In this document: positions 25,446 through 39,159 of the stretch, in pieces | How the letters are laid out: each line of letters starts with the position of its first letter | Position numbering within the stretch: position 1 is the first letter of the stretch | NCBI RefSeq assembly: GCF_902459465.1 | Contig: NC_047072.1 | Span: 5,890,001-5,954,000 of the forward strand | Length of the DNA: 64,000 nt | Reading direction: 5' to 3' | DNA from: Asterias rubens | Taxonomy: Eukaryota | The notes under the pieces: model-generated | What the model saw: the letters and a program-made list of their open reading frames with translations, nothing else | The model's database searches: none | Told to the model about the DNA's origin: nothing | Program-made: the position numbers and the translations under genes

Positions 25446-26178
25446 GAACTTGGGCTAGTCATTGGTGTTTTGTTTACAAACAGGAGCTTGTTTGAGGCTG
25501 GTCCACCAGTGGCTCCTGTTGGTAGTTGGTTGCCTAACATGGGCTTTTTGTAGGTAGTTCGGTGCCCAAAAAGGGGCTCCGCTCACTGTAGGCTGTAGGT
25601 TCCCAAACAGGGGCTAGATGTATGTTACTGATTGCCACACAAATCGAACGTAACTAGAAGTGGCCACTTTTAACCTAAACTTTGTTACTCATAATTGGGT
25701 CTAGTGGTGGAGGTAGTGTGTGGATCAATAGGGGCTGGTGTTGACCACTGTCACCTTGCCCAGTAGGGCCTATTGGTGGATGTTGTAGGTACATGTATAT
25801 CAGTTCACCTGGCAAGGGACAGTGAGGAAATGTTTAAGTTTGCCTACTTGGGGGGGGGGGGGGTAATTATGGGCGTACCCATAATTTGTATCTAATAGAT
25901 TACCATGTTTCCATAAAGGGTCAACAAACAAAATAACAACTGGCCCATTTCGGACGAGTTGTTGTGAACGAGGCTGGGCAATACCAAGCAAGGTTGTGTA
26001 AGAAAATGTCCTGAAAGTTCTTCACAATATCTAAAAGGGCCACAAATACAAAGTCAAGCTTGCTGTGCTTTTTGTGATCTAAGTAATTAGTACAATGTTG
26101 TCTGATACTGATTTATATCCTAAGGACTTGGTTCATTCCTGGTTGTGATCAGCTTATCCCATGTTTTTTGTTATTCAG

Positions 26179-26320
26179 GACATCACATTAATTATTGCTC
26201 CTGCATTGTGACAACTGGAAGGCAACGACTTACATGTGATTACTACTGAGACAGTTGAGAGAATTGTTAACTGGCTCTAGAGCCAGGAGTGAAGTCACAG
26301 AGCATCACATCATGATGAAG
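26179..26320 (+). pseudogene. Exon-like block 3 of the + strand unit
   Basis: Acceptor ttttttgttattcag| and consensus donor aag|gtaagt; 1 CpG in 142 nt; stops in all frames. Confidence 0.65.
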
Positions 26321-29300
26321 GTAAGTGGGTTTCTAAGAGTCCACATATTTCTCGTCATACTCAAAGGTTACCTAAACTTCTACAGATTTACTGCGTGTTT
26401 ATATCCAATTGTGTACACAAATGTGAAGAACTTTCAGGACTATAATTTGTTAAGGTACAAACCTACTATAAGTTTTAGGACAAACCAGGCTTGGGGTTAT
26501 GTAAGAAAGATTATTACCAACTTGGTAATAAACATTGTATGATTGACTGCATCAATTGTTTTTGTCAACCCTATAATGAGTGGATAATCTTTTTCGTTTT
26601 AGACCAAGAGTTTGGAGTTTCCTCTTTGATTTGCAAAGAGAGTTCTTTCTAAGAGTTATTGGTTTCTTCAAAACCTTCTCTGATTACTTGAAAGCAGTGA
26701 TTAAAAAAACTAACCTGAATACCCCAAGCCTGATTTAAAAGTTTAAGGGTGCCTAGAATTAGCAAAATTCAATCAAGGCATTGACCAATCAAATAAAGAA
26801 ACCTCTGCATGAGGTTTTTCTGTTCCACTTAAAGGACGTCACATGAACATGAAGTGTCTTCACATGAACACTCATGCACAGGTTTACTGGAAGTTAAGAT
26901 GTTGACACTTTGCTTTGGGAATAATAGCCTGATGATACATTCCTTGCTTTGGTGAAGTTTATGTCCTAGTTCTCTTGGTGAATCTGACAGTAGCTACTGG
27001 GCTAGATATCATCCCTCTCTACCCAGGATATGGGTATCATTGAGGGTAGTGTCTGTATGACTTCTGCAACTGTAATAGCTCTTTACCCACAGTAAGGGTA
27101 TCTAGGTGGACTGTGCCTGCAGTAGCTTTGTAACCCTCTAATGGGGGTATCGGGTTGGGCTTTGCCTGCCTCATGATAGCTTCACTGTACCCATCAGGGA
27201 TATTTCAGGGATTTCATATCATGTATCATCAGCAAAGGATTGCCCTGAATATGTCTACCATGCTGCATGTCTATTGTCTGCAACAATGTTTATCTTCATC
27301 AAGTGACCTGTGGCCATCTTGGTTTGTTGAGTGGTCACTTCAATGACCGAGTTCAGGGATTTAGACAGCGTTTGCCATGTTTGTTCTTGAAAAAAAACAT
27401 CCATTAAAAAAATTCAAAGTTTAAAAAAACTCATTGGTTAGAACTGAGGTTTTTTTCAGATATTGATTGCAGGCACAGAGTTTTATCAAATTGTATTTCT
27501 TATATCTATGGAAACACACAGGTCTGAAGAAAACCTGTCTCCATTCCAAACCCTAAGACCTTGGTCAATGCCTTGATTGATATTCAACCCTAACATGCTT
27601 GGTATTGCCTTTGATTGAAGACTATCAGTGCATGGCTGAGGATGTATAGTTACAGTACATGAATTCCTACTTCAATTAAAGTTACCATGGACCTATCTAA
27701 CAGAACTGGGACCCCTGTGTCGACACCACAGTTTTACCGGTCGATACTGAGGGACCCACCACATTGCCCATGTGCAGCCCTATTTTACAGTATGGTGCTA
27801 TACTTTATCACCCCAGGCCATTCTACTAAGAGTAGTTGAAAGAGTTTGGCACCCCATGTTTTCCCAGTGATGGGATCAGTTCCACAGTTTGGCCAAGAGC
27901 TACGATTTCAAAATTTGGCAACTACAATGATTTAGCATTTTGACCAGGAACTACCATGATTTTACAGTTTGGCCAGGAACTACCATGTTTTTACATGTAG
28001 ATCTGGCACATACATCTCAAGTATTTTTAAGTTAAAAATACTTTTTCTGAACTTTTACATTTCAGCTCAAATACTGACTATTCGTTGGAGTTACAAGTTA
28101 AAATGCTTGTTTACTATGCCACTGGAATTGGATCATTATCCAAGGTAAGCCACTTTGATTTTTCTGATATTCAAGTCTATCAGAATCACATTGAGGCTCA
28201 AGTCTCCAATAAACTGGTGCCTTTCTCAATCTGTGATTCTTTGTCATGGTGACTATTAACAAGAATGGTTGTATATTTTCTTCGCAATGCATTGACATGC
28301 AGAATACAATTTAAACTGATTTTAAGTTCTCCGTTTTTGTTGCTTGTATTTTTTTCCCTGCTTTGAAATAGTGAAATAGATGTTTGAACTACCTTTTGAG
28401 CAGCTCTGTTATTTTTTTTTAAATAATTTGTTGAAACATCTTGTATCAACAGTTTTTTTCTGTTGAAACAATTTAGTTTACTTCATATCAAGAATATCCA
28501 ATTGGATTTGAAGATTTGTTAAACATCATTTGGATTTTTTTTTACAGAACCTAGATTTGTCTCTTCAGTTAGAGAAAGTTTTAACAAACTTGAGTTTGTT
28601 GCAAAAACATTTTTAACATCATTTCAGACATTACTAATTGTTATTGAGTATGATTTAGCCTCAAGGATTTATTTTTTAACAAACTGCAATTTGACAATTG
28701 TTATTTGATAGTGTAACTTTTAAGTGTTAAAGGAGCCCACATCATTAGAATTTGATGTAGCATTTTCTTAGTGCTAATGTTGAAATGGCAACCGTTTCAA
28801 TTCTTGTTCCACAACACTTTGGTATCTCTTTCATATAAATGTTTTTGTCCTTTGTTAAACATTTTGCTAGGCTGAATTTATGGGGTTTTCTTTATACAGA
28901 AAAGTTCTGAAAAAAGCTCATTCACTTATATTTATATTCATTTGTTAGAGAATAACAGACAGTATTATTCTGTGGATTATCGGAATATCATTGAGAATTA
29001 ATTGTTCAAACTTTTATCTGTTGGTTTGTTTTTACAATAATTTTTACTTCGTTGATTGGAACAGCCGCTGTTCACTGATTGTGCTGATGAAGTTGTTTTT
29101 TCTGATAATTGACTATTGCTCTTTTAGTAAAAATTTTCCTTGAAACTACAAAACTTGAATTTTGTTTAATGCAAGGCAGAGAGTGGTTTAGATTGTGATC
29201 ATTCAACAAATGATTGGCTGGCTTTAACATTGTGACCAAAATCCCTATGTATGGCAAACATCTCAGAAATACTTGCAAAAGTGTACATTTGTAGATATTC

Positions 29301-32300
29301 CATTCTCATGGATCAAAACACCAGGATGCAAATCCTGAAATGTAGAGTTCAGAGTAGACTTGAAGGCATTTCTTCCATATGCAATGCCCAGAGTTGACGA
29401 TGGACACATCCTCCTCTGTGGAAAGAAAATTAATCATCATAGTTCAAAGGATCCTTACCATGTTGAAGTCAACTGTGGGTCTCTGATTCATCCAGACCGC
29501 CAAGTATTGGGAAGGTTGACACCTCACAAACAGCCAAACACCTTCAAGTGCATTCAGAGGACAACTCACCAACCAGCCTGCCGACACCTGCGGGCGGGGA
29601 ACACTCGTGCAAGCACCAGGATGGCTTGCATGCACCGGGGTGCCAAAAGGGGAGGGGGTACATTCATGAGCTGTTGGTAAATTACAAAATAACTTTTCAT
29701 TAGTAACAGGATTGTTCATTGAAAAAGATGGGCAAAATAAATGTGTAAATTTCACTTGAGATGTAAAAGGAAGATCCAGAATTTTGATTTCAGCTTTTGG
29801 AGACTTTTTGTCGATGCTGCTAGAATTTCAGATTTTGGTGAACAAGATTGGCTAATATACAGTACTTCATAATGAGTTTAAATTTGTTATAAGTAAATGA
29901 AAAGTAACACAGGTTTTTTAAATTGAGATTTTGTCTCGTAAGCTTAGTTAAGAGAGCCACTTGGCCCCTACACTTCAATGCATAAAGCACATCAGAGAAG
30001 TGTAAAATTTGTGAAAACTTTTTGTGGATGGCTTGCATTATGGTTCCATTTTGAATAATTTTGGTTTAATATAAATTTGTTTGGGTGAAGTCATTACGTT
30101 GTTACTGATTTCAATTAAAAAAGGAAGATCCAGAATTAAGATGTCAGCTTTTGACGACAAATCGTCCATGCTGCTGAAAAAAAAGATAGAGTAAAATTTT
30201 TGTTTTGTATTTTGCGAGGTCTTTTTGTGAGTATTTGTTAAAGTGGGGAAAAAAGTGTAGAAGGGACAACAACTCCATCAGCTGTGCCAGCCAAAGTGTT
30301 GTACCATCAATGTTTGACTTTTTGAGTCTGACGATTTTTTAGTTCAGAAGTACAGTAACGACCAATCTTGTACCCATCTTACCAACAGACCTTATAGACT
30401 CGCCCTCCACTCTCTAACTTACTAATTAAAATAGCTTACAACGTTTAAGACAGACAAGCCTCTCACAAAAAGCTTCAATTTTTGTTTTGATGTCTCATGA
30501 AGTTTGAATATGTTACGAAAAACAAAATTTGCTTATACACCACAACGCTAATTAAAAAGCTGAATACGATGGACTTCTGATTGCTTGTTAGTTTTGGACA
30601 GAGTATTCAAATACTCTGTTAACACCCAGTGTTCCAACATGTTACCAGAATAATTTGTTATCTTTGGTGGTCAAATGTTTTGCTTGACATTGCCTTTTTG
30701 GTTTTAGTTACTTCATTTCTAAAAGTATGGGGTTCTGTGAGAGACTTTTCAAGTACTATTTACTATTACTTCTCTGTTCATGCATGAATTCCTCTGTGCT
30801 AAATTAACTGAGATACACTTAGTTTTTAAGGTCAAATCCAACGACGTTATTGACAAGTAACTTCTGTACTATCCTATTGTATGTCTTTCAAGTCATGATT
30901 TAAAACTTTGCATGGCGTAAGAATTTAGTAAAACTGATGGATATGACTCAAATGAATTCAATCTCTTTTAGGAGAAGTGTTGGCTGTGAGAAAAAGCAGG
31001 GTTTGGATATTGTACAGTTTTGACATTTCTAGAAGAGTTTCTGCTAATGTTCATGTCATTGTTAATTTTGAAAATTTGAAATGTGAATTAACATTGACTT
31101 AGTGTCACTTATTGTTTCTTGTTTGCTGAAAAAAAGTACATTTGATGTTAGGGATAGTTGATAAAGTATTGTTATACATCTATTCCCTATTCTCACCCAC
31201 AAGTTTAATAGCCAGCTGTAGTGCCAGACCAGAAATACAATGTTGTTTTAGCCCAATCACATTTTAGCACTTTTGTTGGATTAAGGAGAAAAGGTTGACA
31301 TACTATTTAGAGATACCTTTGTTTTAGTCCTATCCAACGTAGCATTTTTGGTGGTTTATGTAGAAACTGTTTAAAAATAAATTTTCTGTTTAAGTCCTAC
31401 TCCATTGAGTTAAAGGTTTATTTGAAAAGCTGTTGAAATTCTAATTCTAATTACTTTAGTTTGATAGTCTATCTCATTTAGCACTCTTGGTGGTTTAAGG
31501 AGAAACTATTGAAAACCTATTTTGTAATAGCTATTCGGTTGTAGTCCTACATGTTTCCATTTAGCGTCCCTGATGCCTTTTAGTGCAACCTGTTTTGTTT
31601 TCAGGAATATGACTTTTTAAAATAAATAGTAGTGCAATTTATCCTAGTTCAAGCTATTGTACTACACTAATCCTGTATATGTTCATGCACGAACAGATGA
31701 CTATACCTTAATGCTACAGTTTTACTTGAATATATATTTGTCAAAGATATCGTCACCGTTTTATTTTTTACAAAAAGCACTTTAGCCCCTGCTATGTCTG
31801 GAGAAAATTGAATTTGATGTTAAAGAAACCATTAGTTTGGTGACTGTTTTAGTCACTAAATCTTTTGTTTTGATGAAACATTTGAAATTGAAAATTTATA
31901 AGTTTATTAGGATGACGAGGCAAGATTTTCTCTTCAAGAAAATTTGTCACACAGGTTACACAGATCGTTCTTTTTTAAAATCAAGCACTTTTGTGGGTTG
32001 ATATTGAAGATTTCGTGTTAAAAAAACGAACTCAAAATTAACTCTGGTGATTTTATCTGTGTGCTAATATGTGTTCTAAGCTAAGAAATTTAAAAGGTTG
32101 AGGAAAATGTTGATGTCACAAACATAAAAGTATGTAACAAAATTATTTGCATTTTTTTTATTTGATTTTTTTTTCAAATGTGTCTGTTCTTGAAAACGGT
32201 GACGATAATCAAACTGCCATTGGAAGCGTTGTGCAATGTCCACTGTAACGATTGTTACTATTGGACATTGACATTACTTCATTAGTTTCTAGATACTATA

Positions 32301-32479
32301 CAAACGATCTGCTCCTTGTAGGTTGATCTCATTGTGGTTCACAAAAGTGCACGTTGAAGGTGGGCTCACAAAATGTCTCTAGCCTTGCATACACATAGTG
32401 TCTTTGCAGAATTGATGCATCCTTCTCATCTCATTTGTATCTCTAGAGTTCAAAGAGTCTTCAGGAATTATGTCTCTAA

Positions 32480-32935
32480 TCCAGGCTTTGAGATGTAACT
32501 TTCGAGCTGCATTTCAAAGCCAACAGTGAGTTTGGGTTTAATTCAAGTTCAAATTGTTCAGAGTCATTGCTGCAATGTTGGTATCCTCCAGCTTGTCGTA
32601 GAATCTTGCACCATGGGTTGATAGCGTTTCACTGTTCAGAGATGTAGCATTAGAGCTGCACTTCGAAGCCAACAATGAGTTTGGGTTTAATTCGTGCCCA
32701 AAATGTTCAGAGTCATTGCTGCATTGTTGGTATCCCTCAGCTTGTCGTAGAATCTTGCACCATGGGTTGATAGCGTTTCACTGTTCAGAGATGTAGCATT
32801 AGAGCTGCACTTCAAAGCCAACAATGAGTTTGGGTTTAATTCGTGCCCAAAATGTTCAGTCATTGCTGCATTGTCAGTCTCCTCCAGCTTGTCGTAGAAT
32901 CTTGCACCATTGGTTGATGATGTTTCACTGTTCAG
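32480..32935. repeat. Three tandem ~149-bp units within a coding-like minus-strand segment
   Basis: gagctgca at 32504, 32653 and 32802; the minus strand is open for 89 codons over 32956-32687. Confidence 0.9.
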
Positions 32936-33909
32936 AAAATCCTTGCAGAATTGATGTTAATCTCCTCAAGCAGTGCATCTTGAAAATCTTCCTCCCCCAC
33001 TTGAATTCTTGATTCTGCAATAAATAACCAAGAAAACAAAACGCATTAGGTTAGCAGTTTTACAAGTCAGTGTAATATACCTTAGGAATAATATAGCCTA
33101 CAAGTATGATCCTGTAATCTGTATCAGCGTTAAAACAAGCGCATTGAAGTCTAAAGGTTTTTTTGAAGGGCAATTCAAGGAGAAGGACTGTTTCATTTTG
33201 GAAAATCAAAACATATTTCCAAAAGCAACAAAATCAATGGTCTTTTGTGGTTTCCATATTATTTCAGGCATGTTGACAGTTTCCATATTGTATTTTTTCG
33301 CAAAAGGGCATTTTCAGGCATTTGCAAAAAACAGATGTAGTTGTATGATTTCTATTCAAATGAAAAGTTTTTATTAAGAAAAACATGTTACTTGTTTATT
33401 GTGTGAACTGCATGGAAACTGGGTTAATGATTCTCAAAAACATGAAGTTAGTGTGGTAGGGGCAGCACTCCATGCATTTATTGGTATAGGGGTGTGACAA
33501 AGCTTAAGCACTAACGGTGTGGGTCCAGGGCCCATTCGTGGGTCCCCGGTGGGGTCCAGTGGCAAAGAGTGGCATGGTGACGAAGAGTGGACTGATCTTA
33601 GGTTTAAGCTCGTCTGAATGGCCTATATAACACATAAAATCATTGGTACTCAACACATGAACTCTTTACCAACACACAAGGATTGAAAATCAAAACGTGA
33701 TACAAGGAAGACTCTTGCAACTGGGATGGTGTACTTTTTCAATCTCTCTATCATTCTTTTCTGTTCATTCATTTCCCCTTTTTTCAATTGACAGGGGTGC
33801 AGCTGTCCTTGCATGGATGTAGGTCTGATCTTTGGCTGTTGTGTCAGTAGCTGCCTTATGGGGTAAGGATACAATGGTTCTGGTTCATTCTAATCATACC
33901 ACAACTCAC

Positions 33910-34083
33910 CAGTGAAATCCTCCACACATGAAGACAGAAAGGCCATTGCATATAACAGTAGTTGAGATCATTCAATGTGTGGTGTAGCTTGTTAAGATTG
34001 CTGGCTGTCAGTTTGTAGTTTAGTTGAACTTGTGTTTACCTCATGTTGCCTAATGTGTCCTGAGAAAGTGTTGAAAAATCAGT
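33910..34083 (-). pseudogene. Exon-like block on -, nested in intron 3 of the + unit
   Basis: Acceptor aatttttctttttccag| and donor ctg|gtgagt; 174 nt with one stop in phase 0. Confidence 0.45.
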
Positions 34084-34318
34084 CTGGAAAAAAGAAAAAT
34101 TGAGACACAAAATTTAGATGCATGTCATCTCCACACCGAGCCCACACTCACAGGTACTACCAAAAGTAAACTTTGCCTTTAGTAACTCACATTTATCACC
34201 ATCATACATTCCATTTAATTGTTGCTGTTGCTTCCCTCCAGAAACTGTGTACCCATTTTGTTCTGGTCCAGTAAATATTAAAATTTGCCCCACTTTGGAG
34301 GCCTGATATACAACAGTA

Positions 34319-34500
34319 TCAGGGCCCAATTTCCTGGCTCTGCTTACCGTAAGCACAGAATCAGGGCTTACGGAAGCAGGGAATTATGTGCTTACGGCAA
34401 GCGCATTTCACGGGTTAGCGGCGAATTTTGACTTCTGCGCATGCGTACTCTGGGTTACTAGGCATTCTACCCTTACAAGGCTAGCGCAGAAACTCATCAA
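34319..34500 (+). mobile_element. GGCCC-ended MITE subfamily (ggctctgcttaccgtaagca type), partial
   Basis: cagggcccaatttcctggctctgcttaccgtaagcacagaat; homologous to 63350-63581 in reverse orientation. Confidence 0.7.
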
Positions 34501-34709
34501 GGGATTCTAACAGTAACACTCAAGGTTCTCCCGATAAGTGCACATTTTGATTTGGCCAATATACACAAACCAGACAAAATAACATTAACAATTGCAGTTT
34601 CACAAAAATCATCAAAAGAAAACCATTTAAAAATGCTCCAGATTGCAAAGCAGGGCTTTGGAAATCAAGATACAAAAAACAAATTCCAAGGACTGACCTT
34701 GCTTCCCCC

Positions 34710-34710
<1 letters not shown>

Positions 34711-34742
<32 letters not shown>
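34711..34742. repeat. Poly(A) tract (~32 nt)
   Basis: Seen directly. Confidence 0.9.
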
Positions 34743-34745
<3 letters not shown>

Positions 34746-35339
34746 GGTTGTGAATGCCCTAAAATATTGAACAAATCTGGGAGAACCCTGCAGCTATAGT
34801 TCATGTAGTTCTGATAATGGTGTTCCTGGTAGTAACGCAAACGCCAGGGTTAATAATCATAACAAAATATTGTATATGCACTACTAATGCACTTTAATTA
34901 CCAGTGTTCAAATGCCAATGCAATACCATACACTCCAACCAATAGAAATAGACCCAGTAGGTCTACATTCAAATAAGTTATTTTATAATAATAGACATAT
35001 AGAAAACTTATTTTTACCTTGAACCTTGATTCCACAAACTGCTTTTAATCAGAAGAAGCATAAGAATACTTTCAAAAAGATAATTAATTGTTTAATTAAA
35101 AACTGGATACATTGCATATGTACAAAATGGCCGCCTGCTGCATTGAGAAAACCCTTAAAATTGGGGTGTTGTTTACTTTTGATTTCTTTTACAAATTAAA
35201 TTATGTTTTAAAATTTTCTATCAGCAAATAAAAAGGAATGATTAAGGGAAATTTTAAGCAATGATTTAAGTAGACATTAGAACTTTACCTATTTAGAATA
35301 TTTAATAATTATTGATAACCTGGTTCCATTCTACTGCAG

Positions 35340-35485
35340 TACATGTTGTGGCATAGTCAGTGAGAAGTCAGGGTACCTCTGCATGTCAACACTGCCACAC
35401 ACTGGACATGCTGGAAGGAGCACATGGTTTTTGTTATGACTGGAAGTGGAGTAAGCTGAGCTCAACAACAACCCAGTTCTTCAAG
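35340..35485 (+). pseudogene. Exon-like block 4 of the + strand unit
   Basis: Acceptor ttccattctactgcag| and donor aag|gtaaat; 0 CpG in 146 nt; embedded in very AT-rich flanks. Confidence 0.6.
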
Positions 35486-35619
35486 GTAAATACTTATTTT
35501 ACTCATGATTAATGATTAAAACTAAGGTAAACAATTAAATGGGGAAAATATAAATATATTTCTGAGTAGTTATTGAATATTTATTTGTTAAAACAGTTAT
35601 TAGCTTTACAGCAGGGGGC

Positions 35620-36001
35620 TTAAAGACACTGGACACTATTGGTAATTGTCAAAGACGAGTCTTCTCACTTGGTGTATCTCAACATATACATAAAATGACA
35701 AACCTGTGAAAATTTGAGCTCAATTGGTCGTCAAAGTTGCGAGATAATAATGAGAAAAAAACACCCTTGTCATTCGTTGTGTGCTTTTAGATGGTTGATT
35801 TCGAGACCTCAAATTCTTAATCGTAGGTCTCAAAACCAAATTCGTGGAAAATTACCTATTTCTCAAAAACTATGTCACTTCAGAGGGAGCCGTTACTCAC
35901 AGTGTTTTATACCATCAACCTCTCCCCATTACTCGTAACCAAGAAAGGTATTATGATAGTAATTATTTTGAGAAATTACCAATAGTGTCCACTGCCTTTA
36001 A
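35620..36001 (+). mobile_element. Kolobok-like MITE family A
   Basis: ttaaagacactggacactattggtaatt...aattaccaatagtgtccactgcctttaa. Confidence 0.9.
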
Positions 36002-38482
36002 ATCTGTAAACTACAATGGATTTAAAAATTTCATTTTTTTTTTATGTAATTATTATAAGCAGTTGTTACAAAAATTGTTGAAACTGTCATTATTTGTTGT
36101 ATTACAAACAGTTACAATCTGGAACTTTATTGTATCCGTCTTTAATTGTTCCATTGTGTGTAAAGATGGACATGATGGAGTGTAACTGTTACAAATAATA
36201 CATAAGGCCAAATAAAAAAAATACTAGTTAATCGTTCCCACCTGCATGCTTTTTGGGGGCCGCATCCTTTTATTTACTTTTTTTTTTTTTTTAATCCATC
36301 TTTTCAAAAGGACTGGCCCAGGGGCTTTTCCCGAATCTAGCGTGATGCTCAAAAACAAAAGTAGTGAATGCCTACCAGCGAATCTTTTTAGTGTAATAAT
36401 CTAACCCTGTTAACCCGGGTCCTCATGCAACAAATAGATATAAAATAAGTTTGCGGTGGGTTCAAACTTAAAAATTGGTGGCCTGTTTGATTTGAAACAC
36501 TTAGCGGCCATCTTGGAAAAAAAAAAAAAGGCCCTCATCTTCCTCTTTTTGGAAAAATATGGACGATCAACTGGTGTATATTTTTGTTTTGCCCTTAATT
36601 TTCTTTTTTTTTGGAATACAGTGTTGAATGTGCCTGTATCAAGTGCACCCCAAAAACCGTTTCTTGGAAAAACTTGCTATTGAAGTAACTTTTCAGCTCA
36701 CCACAGCTAAACACCCATGACCCCTTCCTCATTCACCTTTTTTATTTAAAAAAAATCATTCTTCTTCGAAGGTATTATGTATAACTTTTGTTATATAGAT
36801 TGGATCTTGATTTATAGTGTGGGTATGGGATAAATGTTAGATTGCCATCTTATCTGGAGCATGTTTTGTGAAATGGCCTTATTTTGTTGGGAAAATTGTA
36901 GGTATTTTTATGAGAAATATGACAGACAACTAAAAAAACGTCAGTCATTTTTAAAAAAAACTTTTTTGCAAATATATTTGTTGGAAATGAGGTCGCCATT
37001 TTGATAAAAAATATGGCAGCCGTTTTAGTAAAAAATGTGGCAACCATTTTAAAAATGACAGACCAACAAGTTTTACACTTTTGGCAATTCTTTTTCAATA
37101 GTGATACCCTTCAAATTAACAAATTTATATCAATTGAAGATTCTGCCCAAAAAATAAGTAGAATTTTGTAGATTCTGCCCAAAAATAAGGAGAATTTTGT
37201 TTTAAACTATATCCACCAGTTTGGAACTCGGATCTAAGAATTTAAAACTTGCAACAACACTTTTCAGAATCTAAAACCATGCAAACTGACTGAATGACAT
37301 AAAATTGTTCCAGACCTTTTTTGTACCACAAAGGAATACAAATTTTCACATTTTTTTAGAAAAGAAATGTATATGTTTGATACAAGTAATGACAGCCATT
37401 TTGAAGGAAAAAGGCAGGCATTTTTAAAAAAAGCACATATTATGGCAGCCATTCACTTTTGCATTTTTTTTTTTTTTTGGGGGGGGGGGTGGAAGTATGT
37501 CTCACTATGAAAAAAAATGGCTTCATTTAGATTTTTATATTGCTGCCATCTTAAGAGTGCAAGTTAGATCTGCAAGTTTGTTGTATATGTCAGACCAGCA
37601 GAAGCAATATATTGAATATTGAAGACTTCTTCCCAGATTTTGTATGATCTGTCTGCAAAATGGGCACTATTATGATGACAATTTTTTTTTTTAAACTATT
37701 TCTTTTCAAATTATGAGATTAAGGTCATTAATGCCATTTCAGATATTTGGTATAACCAATCATATTTATAAAAATTCAATGCGAAGGCATTGAATTGGCT
37801 GATAACAACTTTCTATTGGAGAAATAAAATTAAAACAAACAAAAATCGTAAATTTAAATTTATAAGAACATTTAGGCTGAATTCAGACTTTTTATGTCGG
37901 ACTGGTGAAGAAAATCAGGCAATATTTGTTCCACACATAAAGAGATCCTGCTCATTGGTCTACTTCTCTAGTGCTTTGGATACTGTTTCCAAAACTCTTT
38001 GGAATCTATAATCCCAGGGGTTACCAAAAGGTAGAAATGGCATCATTTTAACATACTTTTGAATTGGTATCCAAGTTTCAGACTTTTTCTTTAGTAATGA
38101 CTCTCACCCTGTAAGAATCACTGCCAACATTAAATATAACTAAAAATGCAGACAAGTTTACCTTCAAAAAAAAAAGTTTCCAAGTAGTGTTATTGATGTA
38201 CTGGTGCATGCACACAATGCTTTTTGTACGTTTTGTTCTTATGATTTGTGCTTTCTGCTGCTGATTAATGGTCCTGCCTTTCAAAGTACACATCAAGTTG
38301 TTGAAGTTTGACAGGCAATTAGTTTGCACCTATCATTGTAAATTAAACTTCGCTAAATCAGTACAGATAAAATCAGCAAGCATGTGTATTTCATTTTTGA
38401 AAGGGAAGGGCATCCGAGGCATTTTCTCCTTGGTAAGGGCACCCTTAAATTTCTACAGTATGGGCATTTATAGGCACCAAGG

Positions 38483-38902
38483 TAATAATAATAATAATAA
38501 TTGTGGCTTCTTATATAGTGCACATATTCGTCACTCAGTGACGCTCTTGGCGCTGTAATATACAGTTTTTCCTGCAAGATGTGGGACTTCATTTGAATTA
38601 TGAGACCTAATTCTGATAGCACCATGTAATGTTTTACAAGGTGCTGTGGCGCAATTTGCTGCTGATTGGACCAGGAACACCGGGGCGAACCCCTTCTCTT
38701 TTTGATAAGTGCACTGGTTTCTTGTACATGCATTACATAACACATGGGACCAACAGCTTAACGTCCCATCTGAGGGATGAAGCAATGGTAAAGTGTCTTG
38801 CTTAAGGACACAAGTGTCACGGCTTGGGATTCGAACCCACACTCTGCTGATCAGAAACACCAAAGTTTGAATTTGGTGCTCTTAACCGCTCGGCCACGAC
38901 AC
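38483..38902 (-). mobile_element. Near full-length tRNA-derived SINE with a CORE-like central domain and (ATT)n tail
   Basis: Minus strand: A-box tggccgagcggt, B-box ggttcgaatcc, gtgtccttaagcaagacactt (resembles the CORE-SINE motif), 3' end gcactatataaga...(att)n; second copy at ~62590. Confidence 0.85.
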
Positions 38903-39159
38903 TTCCACAGAAGTGACCAGGGTGCTTGGAAGCATTCGCCTGTGTTGCCTCTGTGGAGTATCAGGCCTGTAGCAATCAACAGGATTTCATAATGATTCTA
39001 CAACCAAATAACTTTTGCTATGCTGTATAATAGATGTCAAATTTGCATCTGGGATAAAGAATATTAATTTTGGTTTTTACCCATACACCGAAAACAGAAA
39101 ACTGTCCTCTAAAATTTTGGTCATTGATAACATTGCTTTTGTTTTCTTTTTTATTACAG

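Noticed and set aside
24630-25495. Cys/Thr/Pro-rich repeat proteins (mucin- or metallothionein-like)
   Set aside because: Frames break at every 34-bp unit and are open on both strands; a minisatellite artefact
19184-29643. 10.4-kb TIR element (Polinton-like) bounded by the inverted 67-bp motifs
   Set aside because: Homology does not extend outward, no TSD was found and no polymerase or integrase remnants were recognised
35714-36185. ORFs within family A MITE copies (also 39632-39988, 48160-48369, 56318-56515)
   Set aside because: Chance frames in a non-autonomous element; they differ between copies
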